Positions 9,667-17,738 of a DNA stretch of 64,000 nt are shown here, one piece after another. The notes beneath the pieces are model-generated. The model was not told the origin of the DNA. It was given only the letters and a program-made list of their open reading frames with translations, and made no database searches. The DNA comes from Sedimentisphaerales bacterium. Lineage in GTDB: Bacteria > Planctomycetota > Phycisphaerae > Sedimentisphaerales > Anaerobacaceae. A program made the position numbers and the translations under genes. Location: NCBI GenBank assembly GCA_029907605.1, contig JARYLO010000002.1:11030-75029 (forward strand), read 5' to 3'. Every line of letters starts with the position of its first letter. The first letter of the stretch is position 1.

Positions 9667-10221
9667 ATGTTCGACACCAAGAATACATGTCAAGGCACAG
9701 CAGCTTGCCTTCAACTCGGTTCATCGTCTTGGCCAGTAGCTAGGCTATACAAATACTATCAACGGCCCATAAGTTACTTCGCCTGGTGGATAGAGAATAT
9801 GGGTCTTACAGGCCTGGCAGTGGCAATGCTCAATGCCCCTGCCAGGCTGTTGCCTAAGGCCGCCAAGAAAGGCCTGCTTGTATCTGGGCCTTGCATAAGA
9901 CCTGCTGAGCCACTAGACCTCAGGCCAGGTCAGATCGTCCAGGTCAAATCCCTTGATGAGATACTAGCTACGCTGGATAGCGATAGGAGGCACAATGGCC
10001 TGCTGTGGATGAATGGTATGAGCAGATACTGTGGTACAAGGCAACGGGTCTACAAGCAGGTCAGATGGATAGTCCTGGAGCACACCGGCCAGCTGCGGCG
10101 TGTCAAGGGTACCGTCCTTCTTGAAGGTGTTATGTGCGATGGTAGCGATTTCGGTGGATGCGATAGGTCGTGTCTATTCTTCTGGAAGGAGGCATGGCTT
10201 AGACCTATTGCAAAGGAGTGA
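9667..10221 (+). CDS. Hypothetical protein, Cys-rich C-terminal half
   Basis: ATG 9667 lies 2 nt after the GT26 stop. 184 aa with no family recognised by eye. The C-terminal part LDLRPGQIVQVKSLDEILATLD..YCG..VMCDGSDFGGCDRSC..WKEAWL contains four Cys. Confidence 0.5.
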   Translation: MFDTKNTCQGTAACLQLGSSSWPVARLYKYYQRPISYFAWWIENMGLTGLAVAMLNAPARLLPKAAKKGLLVSGPCIRPAEPLDLRPGQIVQVKSLDEILATLDSDRRHNGLLWMNGMSRYCGTRQRVYKQVRWIVLEHTGQLRRVKGTVLLEGVMCDGSDFGGCDRSCLFFWKEAWLRPIAKE

Positions 10222-10225
10222 AAAG

Positions 10226-11251
10226 ATGGAGGTAACCATCCAGCAAGATGATACCAGTAGTTGCAACCAATTCGTAATTCACAGGCCAGATGCCCACCTA
10301 TCACACCTTTGGGCATGGGGCAAGATGGTCCATGACCTGTTTGGCTATCGATGTTTCTACCTGGTTGCACATGAATCCGACCAGGTACTCGGCATACTGC
10401 CACTTACCCATGTCATTAGTAGCCTCTTTGGCAATCGCATGGTCTCACAGCCATTCAGTGACTACGGCGGCCCGATAGTATCATGCCCGCAGGCCGTAGA
10501 TGTGCTGTACGATAAGGCAGTAGAGTTGGCCCTGGACCTGAATTGCAGGTACATAGAGTTTCGCAATCTGCATCCCATGCCACAACAGATGGTACTGAGG
10601 ACAGACAAGGCCTGCATGATCCTGGAACTGGCATCCGATCCACAAGAGGTTTGGGCAAGACTCAGGCCGCAGATCCGCAATCGTATCCGCCGAGCACAGA
10701 ATAGTGATATTGGGGTGAAAAATGGCGGCCTGGAGCTGCTGGATGATTTCTACAACCTCTGGACCTTGAGGATGGGGCAGTTAGGCACGCCATGTTATCC
10801 ACGTAGATTGTTTGAGGCCATATTGAGGACATTTCCTCAGTCCAGCACCATATTCCTGGCGACCCATAAGGGCAAGACGGTGGCGGCGATGTTTGCGTAC
10901 TTATCTAACAGCTCTGCCCATACCAGATGGGGTGCATCGCTAAGGGAGTATGACTCGTTGAGTCCAAATCACCTACTGAATTGGGCTGCCATAGAGTTCT
11001 ACTGTAAGGCGGGGGCCAGGCGGTTTGACTTTGGTAGGAGTACCATTGGCAGCAGTCAGTATACGTTCAAGGAAAGATGGGGCGCAAGGCCAATAAACCT
11101 GAACTGGCAGTACTGGTGTAGTGATCCCAGATACCTGCGCGTAATCAGACCTGATGCACCTGGATATCGCTGGAAGGTTGAGGTCTGGAAGAGATTGCCC
11201 TTGACCATTACCAGGTCTGTAGGCCCATGGATCAGCAGGGCTCTTGTCTGA
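10226..11251 (+). CDS. FemAB-like (GNAT-fold) acyl/aminoacyl-transferase, PEP-CTERM-locus type
   Basis: ATG 10226 is preceded by AGGAG (10214-10218). HLWAWGKMVHDLFGYRCFYLVAHESDQVLGILPLTHVISSLFGNRMVSQPFSDYGGP resembles the N-terminal signature of TIGR03019-type FemAB-related proteins (family number from memory). Confidence 0.7.
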   Translation: MEVTIQQDDTSSCNQFVIHRPDAHLSHLWAWGKMVHDLFGYRCFYLVAHESDQVLGILPLTHVISSLFGNRMVSQPFSDYGGPIVSCPQAVDVLYDKAVELALDLNCRYIEFRNLHPMPQQMVLRTDKACMILELASDPQEVWARLRPQIRNRIRRAQNSDIGVKNGGLELLDDFYNLWTLRMGQLGTPCYPRRLFEAILRTFPQSSTIFLATHKGKTVAAMFAYLSNSSAHTRWGASLREYDSLSPNHLLNWAAIEFYCKAGARRFDFGRSTIGSSQYTFKERWGARPINLNWQYWCSDPRYLRVIRPDAPGYRWKVEVWKRLPLTITRSVGPWISRALV

Positions 11252-11317
11252 CATTCAACGTTAAGGCCCGATCTGCGATGGATAGGGGGCTGGCAAACCA
11301 TCACGGACGAGAAGATC

Positions 11318-12202
11318 ATGGCGGAGGAAGTATCGATTGGCAGACTGAATGCATTCAGTTGCGAGATAGAGGATTGGTTCCACATACTAGATAGTGATCG
11401 CGTGCCATCATTTGTTCAGTGGTCGAAGCTACCGCTGCGTGCGGATAGGGGCGTAGGTCGCCTGCTGGATCTTTTCGACGCGACACAGACAAAGGCCACA
11501 TTCTTTTGCCTTGGCTGGATGGCCGAGAGGATGCCTGGTTTGATACGGCGCTGTCATGATGCTGGACACGAGATCGCCTCGCATGGGTATGCTCATCTGC
11601 TGGCCTATCAGGTCGGACCGAAGGCCTTTCTGCAGGACCTGATCCGGTCCAAGGCAATACTGGAGGATATTATAGGGCAGGAGGTCATAGGCCTTCGATG
11701 CCCTGGCTTTGGCATAACGGAACAAAGCATGTGGGTATTCGATCTGGCAGTAGAGGCAGGTTTTCACTACGATTCTAGTATGTTCCCTGCCCATCATGCA
11801 CATGGCGGGCTCAGGACCAAAAGGCCTTATCCGCACGTGATCCATACCTTCAATGGCCCGCTTGTAGAGGTGCCCATCTCTACCATACGCATATTCGGCA
11901 GACGCTACTGCATGTTTGGGGGTGGTTACCTTAGGATAACGCCCCTAGCCACACTTAAGTGGGCAGTGAAGAGGCTCCGCAGACAAGGTATGCCGCTTGT
12001 AGTCTACACGCACCCACGCGAGGTTGATCCGGACCACCCACGGTTGCCCTTGGGTTCATACCGTAGTTTCAAGGCATATGTAAACATCCATGGCACCTTT
12101 GCTAAACTGCAGTGGCTCTGCTCAAACATACGTTTTGGGACCATGTCAGGCCTCGCATCCACGGTCTTACCTTTACAAGTATCTGCTAACGCAATCTCGT
12201 AG
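11318..12202 (+). CDS. Polysaccharide deacetylase (NodB-type, DUF3473 / XrtA-locus subfamily)
   Basis: FSCEIEDWFH and TKATFFCLGWMAERMPGLIRRCHDAGHEIASHGYAH match the Asp/His metal site and layout of TIGR03006-type deacetylases (family number from memory). Confidence 0.8.
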   Translation: MAEEVSIGRLNAFSCEIEDWFHILDSDRVPSFVQWSKLPLRADRGVGRLLDLFDATQTKATFFCLGWMAERMPGLIRRCHDAGHEIASHGYAHLLAYQVGPKAFLQDLIRSKAILEDIIGQEVIGLRCPGFGITEQSMWVFDLAVEAGFHYDSSMFPAHHAHGGLRTKRPYPHVIHTFNGPLVEVPISTIRIFGRRYCMFGGGYLRITPLATLKWAVKRLRRQGMPLVVYTHPREVDPDHPRLPLGSYRSFKAYVNIHGTFAKLQWLCSNIRFGTMSGLASTVLPLQVSANAIS

Positions 12203-12227
12203 TACCAGCCGTCGACCACAGGCAAAC

Positions 12228-13736
12228 ATGTATTATACACTTGTCTTTGCCAGCTCATTGGTCTTGTCCCTGGTCGCCACACCCATGGTCATCTGGTTGG
12301 CCAAGCATATCAATGCCATGGATAGGCCAGGTGTCAGGACGGTACACAGCCGCCCCATAGCCCGCATAGGAGGCCTGGCCATATACACAGCAGTGGCCAT
12401 ACCCATGGTAGCCATCCAGTTCCTAGAGGGCCCGACAAGGCAGGCGTTCTGGTCCATGTCTAGGCAACTGAGTATGTTGGCTGTGACCGCAACGATCGTA
12501 TTCGCCATCGGTCTGATAGATGACCTGAGGGGATTACCCGCACGCATAAAGCTTGCTGTAGAGAGTATCTCAGCCATTGCCCTCTATGTATCTGGCGTCA
12601 GCATATCCAGTATCCATATCAATGGGTGCATTGAAATCCATCTTGGCAGCTTTGGCATGATTTTGACGTGGTTGTGGATCGTGGGCATCACTAATGCCGT
12701 GAACCTCAGCGATGGCCTTGATGGCCTGGCAGCGGGGATATCGGCCATTACCTGTGCGGTCATATCGGTATTCAGCATCTACCAAGAGAACCTTGTAATG
12801 GCAGTACTCATGCTATCCATGGTCGGGTCGCTTTGTGGCTTCTTGGTCTTTAACTTCCATCCTGCCAGGGTGTTTATGGGCGACTGTGGCAGCCTTTTTG
12901 TTGGGTTCACGATAGCCTCTGCAAGTGTAGCCTGCCTGACCAAGTCCTCAACGGTGGTAGCTGTCGCCTTGCCGATGCTGGCCATGGGCGTACCGATATT
13001 TGATACGCTCTTTTCGATACTTCGTAGATTCCTGGAGCGCCGCTCCATATTCGCACCAGACAAAGGGCATCTGCACCATCATCTGATACAGATGGGCCTC
13101 AATCAAACTAGGGCAGTACTGATCATATATGCAGCTACGGCCATAGCTGCAGGTCTTGGGCTAGTGATGATGGTCTGGAGGGATAGCACCATCATCTGCC
13201 TATTGGGTTGCATGGCCATGCTTATCGTGTTCTTTCGTATTGTCGGTGCAGTTCGCTTCAGGCAGGTTATTGATAAACTCCGGCAAAAATATACCTATGC
13301 CAGCCAGCGGCGACAGATGGAACGCGCATTTGGGGATCTGCAACTCCACTTCAAACACGCCAAAGACCCTGAGCAATGGTGGCAGGCTGCCTGTCAGGCA
13401 GGCAGGTCGCTAGGACTAGAGTCTATCGATCTAGTATGGCTTGACAGGCTGGGCAATAGACAGATCCGGACATGGCGGATGAGGCCACAGCCATGTCAAT
13501 CCGATCGGCTTGTCACCATATGCCTGCCAATATCCCAGGCAGAAGGCCAGTATGTGCAATGCCGCATAGTCCTCACGCCGGGCCCATCGCTAGAATGGGC
13601 AGGCCAAAAAGGGGCACTATTTGGTCGGCTCTTGGATGAATCCAGGCCGGCCATCACCTCCTACAAACCCACCGACTACCAGGCCCAGGACCTGCTCCAG
13701 CAGGTCCTGGGCCTGGCGAAACCCGCCCAACAGTAA
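12228..13736 (+). CDS. Polyprenyl-phosphate HexNAc-1-phosphate transferase (WecA/MraY family) with about 170-aa C-terminal extension
   Basis: ATG 12228, 502 aa. About 10 TM helices with DDLRGLPARIKL, NAVNLSDGLDGLAAG and FMGDCGSLFVGF motifs. A soluble tail runs from about nt 13230 with no recognisable family. Confidence 0.8.
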   Translation: MYYTLVFASSLVLSLVATPMVIWLAKHINAMDRPGVRTVHSRPIARIGGLAIYTAVAIPMVAIQFLEGPTRQAFWSMSRQLSMLAVTATIVFAIGLIDDLRGLPARIKLAVESISAIALYVSGVSISSIHINGCIEIHLGSFGMILTWLWIVGITNAVNLSDGLDGLAAGISAITCAVISVFSIYQENLVMAVLMLSMVGSLCGFLVFNFHPARVFMGDCGSLFVGFTIASASVACLTKSSTVVAVALPMLAMGVPIFDTLFSILRRFLERRSIFAPDKGHLHHHLIQMGLNQTRAVLIIYAATAIAAGLGLVMMVWRDSTIICLLGCMAMLIVFFRIVGAVRFRQVIDKLRQKYTYASQRRQMERAFGDLQLHFKHAKDPEQWWQAACQAGRSLGLESIDLVWLDRLGNRQIRTWRMRPQPCQSDRLVTICLPISQAEGQYVQCRIVLTPGPSLEWAGQKGALFGRLLDESRPAITSYKPTDYQAQDLLQQVLGLAKPAQQ

Positions 13737-13785
13737 GCCCAAAGACCAAGCCCCTCAGCTTGTAGGCAGCAGACAATCCTGTAGT

Positions 13786-13814
13786 TTGACAGGATGGGGT
13801 ATCTAGTTTATCCT
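13786..13814 (+). promoter_or_regulatory. Candidate sigma70-type promoter TTGACA-N17-TATCCT upstream of first giant gene
   Basis: A perfect -35 hexamer sits at 13786-13791. A -10-like TATCCT at 13809-13814 follows a 17-nt spacer. It lies only 9 nt upstream of ATG 13823. Confidence 0.3.
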
Positions 13815-13822
13815 GGCTTTAG

Positions 13823-16800
13823 ATGAAGAAGATCCGCATCATGTCCTGGATTCGAAGTGTGCTTGTCGGGCAGTCTACCTGCCACCAGATACGTACCGAT
13901 CGAAGGCCAATTATGGAAGTGCTCGAACCCAGATTGCTATTGAGTGCCCCTCCCTGGCATGATCTATCTGGATATTGGACCTGGCCGATGGCACAGGTCA
14001 CAGATACCAGGGCCACAGTGGCACCTGAGATCCCTGGTCTAGCGATTGTAGATGAGGATACCAATCCGTGGGCAGGTCAGCTTGTGTACCTGGATGCCGA
14101 TGGCCAGGAGGGCCTTGAATACGATGGGCCTGTACATCTCGGGCCTGTAGATATCGGGGGCCTTGTGCTGGCAGGCCCACTGTCAGGCATGGAGCATTTG
14201 GTCCTGACCAGGACCCTGGATCTACTCGAGCAGCGATTCGCATACGCAGGTGTGACATTCGTGACCGAAAGGCCAAGTGAAGGGCAGGCCTTTAGCACGG
14301 TTTACATCTCTAGTGACAAGTACGCATTTGAGCTGTTCGGCGGCTATCTGGGCCTTGCCGAGAGGCTGGATGTGGGAAATTCAGATCGACAGGATGACGC
14401 GGTTGTCTTCGTACACGACTTGGCATCTAGTCCAGATCCGGATGCTGTAGTTGCCATGATGGCCTCTAGGATCAGCCATGAGTTGGGGCATCTGGTTGGC
14501 TACGCCCATGTTAAGGATATAGCCGGCATCAGGTCCGGACTTATAGACCTGGGGGATTATTCACACAGACTGGCCAATCTCGCGCATGAGGCAGGTGTGG
14601 ATGACCGTTATATCACATATGGATTTATCCGCGAGCTTCTGGAGGCAAAGGATACTTATGTCCATCAATGGATCGCTGTAGAGGCCTGGCGGTTCTACAG
14701 CGAACAATACAAGGGTGCGGAATTGTCCGCATATCTTGGCAGTATCCCAGATTCTAATGACGACAAATGGTACCCTGTGACTGCCAGGCAGTTTGTCGGG
14801 GATGACCTGTTGGAAGGCATTTATGAGGAGGATACATTGGGGATCTGGTTACGACACTTTGTGCAAGGTAGTGATCCCCAACAGATCCTTGCAGGGCTTG
14901 CTGTGGTCCAGGAGGACGACAAGATCATACTTAATACATTGTTGAAGGGGCAGGTGACAGATCAAGTATTGGACCCATCTGACGGGCGGTATCTGTCTGC
15001 GTATGAGGCCGGCCTGATGCTGTGGGAACAGGCCCTGACCAGCTATGACCTTGGTGAGAAGGCACTTGCATACTACTACCTTGGCAGGGTAGCCCACCTG
15101 ATCGCAGACATGTGTACGCCTGCTCATGTACATGCAGACAGGCATGCACCTATACAGAACGATGCTGATTACTTCGAGACCATGACCGCATCTGACAAGA
15201 GGTTCATGCTATGGGGTCTTGAAGGGCAAAGGGGAGGGCCGGCAGGCCTGGTTGGTGCTTATGACAGCCTGGAGGCCCTCCTTAGTGCCACAATCAGCTA
15301 CACAGGTGAATACCCCAGTTGGAATACCTCAGGTAGGCTCCAGGTGCCAGGGGAAGACATGCCAGGTATCCCAAACGAGGGCAGGCACAGGCCTGATCTG
15401 GTCAGCGGGGATTCAGGCTGGGACATGGACGACTACTGGATCGTGGCAGATGACCTGATGCCATGGGCCATAGAGCAGACCGCTGCACTATTCCGCCTTT
15501 TCTACGCCCAGGTAGACAAGGAAGGCCCATCCATACAATTCATCTCTGATCTTGGTGCAAGTGAGGATCGGCCCGCTAGGACCTCGGCACGCCTGGCAGT
15601 TCAGGTTGATGCAGCGGACCTGGTCAGCGGTATAGCGGCAGGGGGCCCTGAATTCGTTGTTGAATATAGGGCCGAAGACTCTTGGTTGCCTATCTATGTG
15701 GGCCAGCGTCCTAATGGCCTATTGCAGCTAAGACTCCCTGCTGATGGCCTTTATCGGATCAAGGCAACTATTTCCGATGGAGCCGGCAATATGGCTGGGA
15801 CCCAGTGGGGATATGTACTTATTGAGGATGCCCTGACATGTCCGCCATGCGTAACGGTGGATCCTGTGCGGACCATAGACCTATCGCCAGGCCTTTCTGG
15901 TACGGTAGATGACCCAGCCGCCAAGGTGACAGTTGAGGTGGCAGGCAGCAATTACGAGGCGATCAATCGCGGCGATGGCAGTTGGTATTTACCCAAAGGC
16001 CTGGTTGGCCCCCTGGCAACAGGCACATATGAGGTAACCGTCACTGCCATCGATGCAAGGGGTAATATTGGGATAGATGCGACATCCGATGAACTGCGGA
16101 TAGTCCTTTTGGCTGAGGAGTTTGGCCAGGGCCTAACCGGCTGGACCCCAGTAGACCAGGGTACAAAGGCAAGGCCATCAAGATGGGTCATAGAACAGGG
16201 CAGGTTGATCCAGAGGTCTAATATCTATGGTAGGTCTGAGGGTCTGCCTAGGCCAGGTACCTTCCTGATCCACGATCAGGGCATGGATTGGACCGATTAT
16301 CAGGTGGAATTGACCATAATGTCCGAAGACGATGACGACATGGGCCTGATGTTTCGGGTGACCGATGGCACTAACTATTATAGGTTTTCCTGGAACCGAC
16401 AGGTCGGTTACCGCAGGCTTGTCAAGTGCATCAATGGCAGCTTTACCCTCCTTGCATCTGATCAGGTCCCATATCAGGTGGGCCAGCAGTATCAGGTCTT
16501 GGTCAAGGCCCATGGGCCTATCCTGCAGGTATTTGTAGATGGCCGATTGGCCCTTTCTGCGGTCGACCAAAGCCTGGCAAGTGGGACCATAGCCTTATAT
16601 TGTTGGGGCAATCAGGGGACATATTTCGATGAGTTGATAGTAGAGGATCTGACAGGCCAGAATATACCACCTGTCATAACCGCTGTGAGCGTGGAACCAG
16701 GGATCATCAGCGACCGCCAAACAGCGATAGTGAAGGTCCAGGCCAGCTATTACGATGGTGATGAGTCACTGTTGACCTATGCTTGGACCTGCCAACAGGG

Positions 16801-17503
16801 GGCCTTGTTGGATCCAGACCTTGCCGAGACGGTCTATGTCCCAGCGGATGTAGATGGGTTTAGGACTGTGATGCTGCAGGTGGAGGTCAGTGACGGAGTG
16901 GAGACTGCCTGCCAGACGATAGAGGTTGGGGTGCTGGATGCAGACGCCGAGCCCTTGCTTGTCGAGGACTTTGAGGATGGGGATATACAGGGTTGGTCTG
17001 TGGTTAACGATGGTTCATGGCTAGTAAGGCCTAGGTGGGTGTGCTCAGGGGGTGCCATCATCGAGACCTCTGGTGCAGCAAGGCGTAATGATGGGATTGA
17101 CGCACGCGGCACGTACGTAGTGTACAAGGGGGGCAGCCAATGGTCTGACTATGTGGTCAGCCTGCAGCTCTGCTCTAGGGACACAAGGGACCTGGGCCTT
17201 ATGTTCAGGTATAGTGATGGCAACTACTACAGATTCAGTTGGAATAGTCGGTCCAGTTATGCCAGGCTCGTCCGCCGCCTTGGGGCCAGGTTCGAGCTAC
17301 TTACCACCGTGGGCATCAAGTACATCAAAGGCAAGACATATAGCTTGACCATTGTCGCAAAGGCCAATCAGATCCGCCTTTATGTAGACGGCATTCTATT
17401 GATGGCATACCAGGATGACCTCTTGACCGCAGGCACGATCGCCCTTTACAGCTCCGGCAACAAGGGCAGCGTATTCGATCAGGTCGAGGTCTATCCGGCC
17501 TGA
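13823..17503 (+). CDS. Large secreted multidomain protein (1,226 aa): planctomycete N-terminal motif, metzincin-type zinc site, Zn-phospholipase-C-like region, Ig-like domain, 2 x (jelly-roll + PKD-like) modules
   Basis: Uninterrupted 3.7-kb ORF. Motifs are MEVLEPRLLLSA (aa 31-42), HELGHLVGYAH (HExxHxxGxxH), YYYLGRVAHLIADMCTPAHVHAD, the Ig-like VTVDP..LSGTVDDPAAKVTVEVAGSNYEAINRGDGSWYL, and two GLMFR..NYYRFSWN jelly-roll modules. Confidence 0.85.
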   Translation: MKKIRIMSWIRSVLVGQSTCHQIRTDRRPIMEVLEPRLLLSAPPWHDLSGYWTWPMAQVTDTRATVAPEIPGLAIVDEDTNPWAGQLVYLDADGQEGLEYDGPVHLGPVDIGGLVLAGPLSGMEHLVLTRTLDLLEQRFAYAGVTFVTERPSEGQAFSTVYISSDKYAFELFGGYLGLAERLDVGNSDRQDDAVVFVHDLASSPDPDAVVAMMASRISHELGHLVGYAHVKDIAGIRSGLIDLGDYSHRLANLAHEAGVDDRYITYGFIRELLEAKDTYVHQWIAVEAWRFYSEQYKGAELSAYLGSIPDSNDDKWYPVTARQFVGDDLLEGIYEEDTLGIWLRHFVQGSDPQQILAGLAVVQEDDKIILNTLLKGQVTDQVLDPSDGRYLSAYEAGLMLWEQALTSYDLGEKALAYYYLGRVAHLIADMCTPAHVHADRHAPIQNDADYFETMTASDKRFMLWGLEGQRGGPAGLVGAYDSLEALLSATISYTGEYPSWNTSGRLQVPGEDMPGIPNEGRHRPDLVSGDSGWDMDDYWIVADDLMPWAIEQTAALFRLFYAQVDKEGPSIQFISDLGASEDRPARTSARLAVQVDAADLVSGIAAGGPEFVVEYRAEDSWLPIYVGQRPNGLLQLRLPADGLYRIKATISDGAGNMAGTQWGYVLIEDALTCPPCVTVDPVRTIDLSPGLSGTVDDPAAKVTVEVAGSNYEAINRGDGSWYLPKGLVGPLATGTYEVTVTAIDARGNIGIDATSDELRIVLLAEEFGQGLTGWTPVDQGTKARPSRWVIEQGRLIQRSNIYGRSEGLPRPGTFLIHDQGMDWTDYQVELTIMSEDDDDMGLMFRVTDGTNYYRFSWNRQVGYRRLVKCINGSFTLLASDQVPYQVGQQYQVLVKAHGPILQVFVDGRLALSAVDQSLASGTIALYCWGNQGTYFDELIVEDLTGQNIPPVITAVSVEPGIISDRQTAIVKVQASYYDGDESLLTYAWTCQQGALLDPDLAETVYVPADVDGFRTVMLQVEVSDGVETACQTIEVGVLDADAEPLLVEDFEDGDIQGWSVVNDGSWLVRPRWVCSGGAIIETSGAARRNDGIDARGTYVVYKGGSQWSDYVVSLQLCSRDTRDLGLMFRYSDGNYYRFSWNSRSSYARLVRRLGARFELLTTVGIKYIKGKTYSLTIVAKANQIRLYVDGILLMAYQDDLLTAGTIALYSSGNKGSVFDQVEVYPA
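13913..13948 (+). other. N-terminal planctomycete extracellular-protein motif (MEVLEPRLLLSA)
   Basis: The LExRxLLSA core follows a basic stretch, and there is no classical hydrophobic signal peptide. The same motif occurs in the next gene. It resembles Pfam Planctomycete-extracellular (PF07595, accession from memory). Confidence 0.6.
14477..14509 (+). other. Metzincin-type zinc-binding consensus HExxHxxGxxH
   Basis: Codons cat gag ttg ggg cat ctg gtt ggc tac gcc cat encode HELGHLVGYAH, in frame with the ORF that starts at 13823. Confidence 0.6.
16105..17500 (+). repeat. Two copies of the ~280-aa supermodule (concanavalin-A/LamG-like jelly-roll, DUF1080-like, + PKD/Ig-like linker)
   Basis: The motifs W(T/S)DY, D(M/L)GLMFR, NYYRFSWN, RLV(K/R), VDG, GTIALY and FD(E/Q)(L/V) recur at about 16345 and about 17195, a period of about 850 nt. 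Confidence 0.7.
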
Positions 17504-17521
17504 GTTTGGCCCGTTTTTTTT
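17489..17521 (+). terminator. Weak candidate terminator (short GC stem + T8 tract)
   Basis: GGCC-tgagttt-GGCC is followed by cg and eight T (17514-17521), directly after stop 17501-17503. The stem is only 4 bp. Confidence 0.25.
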
Positions 17522-17635
17522 CTCCCCTAGGTTTTGTCGTTGCGCTAGCAGTCCGGTAAGCGTCGTTATCTAGGTACAGGGATGCTCTTTTTATATGACT
17601 GAACCTAGGAGGGGGTCCAAAGGCAGGTGCCCTAC

Positions 17636-17665
17636 TTGTATTGGAAAGGTAGTTTCTGCTATACT
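17636..17665 (+). promoter_or_regulatory. Candidate sigma70-type promoter TTGTAT-N18-TATACT upstream of giant gene
   Basis: The hexamers lie at 17636-17641 and 17660-17665 in the 235-bp intergenic region. A GGGGAG RBS at 17725-17730 precedes ATG 17739. Confidence 0.35.
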
Positions 17666-17738
17666 TTAGCTCGAGCAACTATGGGGGGCCATAGGTCTAG
17701 AGGTCTTTGGCCACCCCAGTTATGGGGGAGTGGCGACA

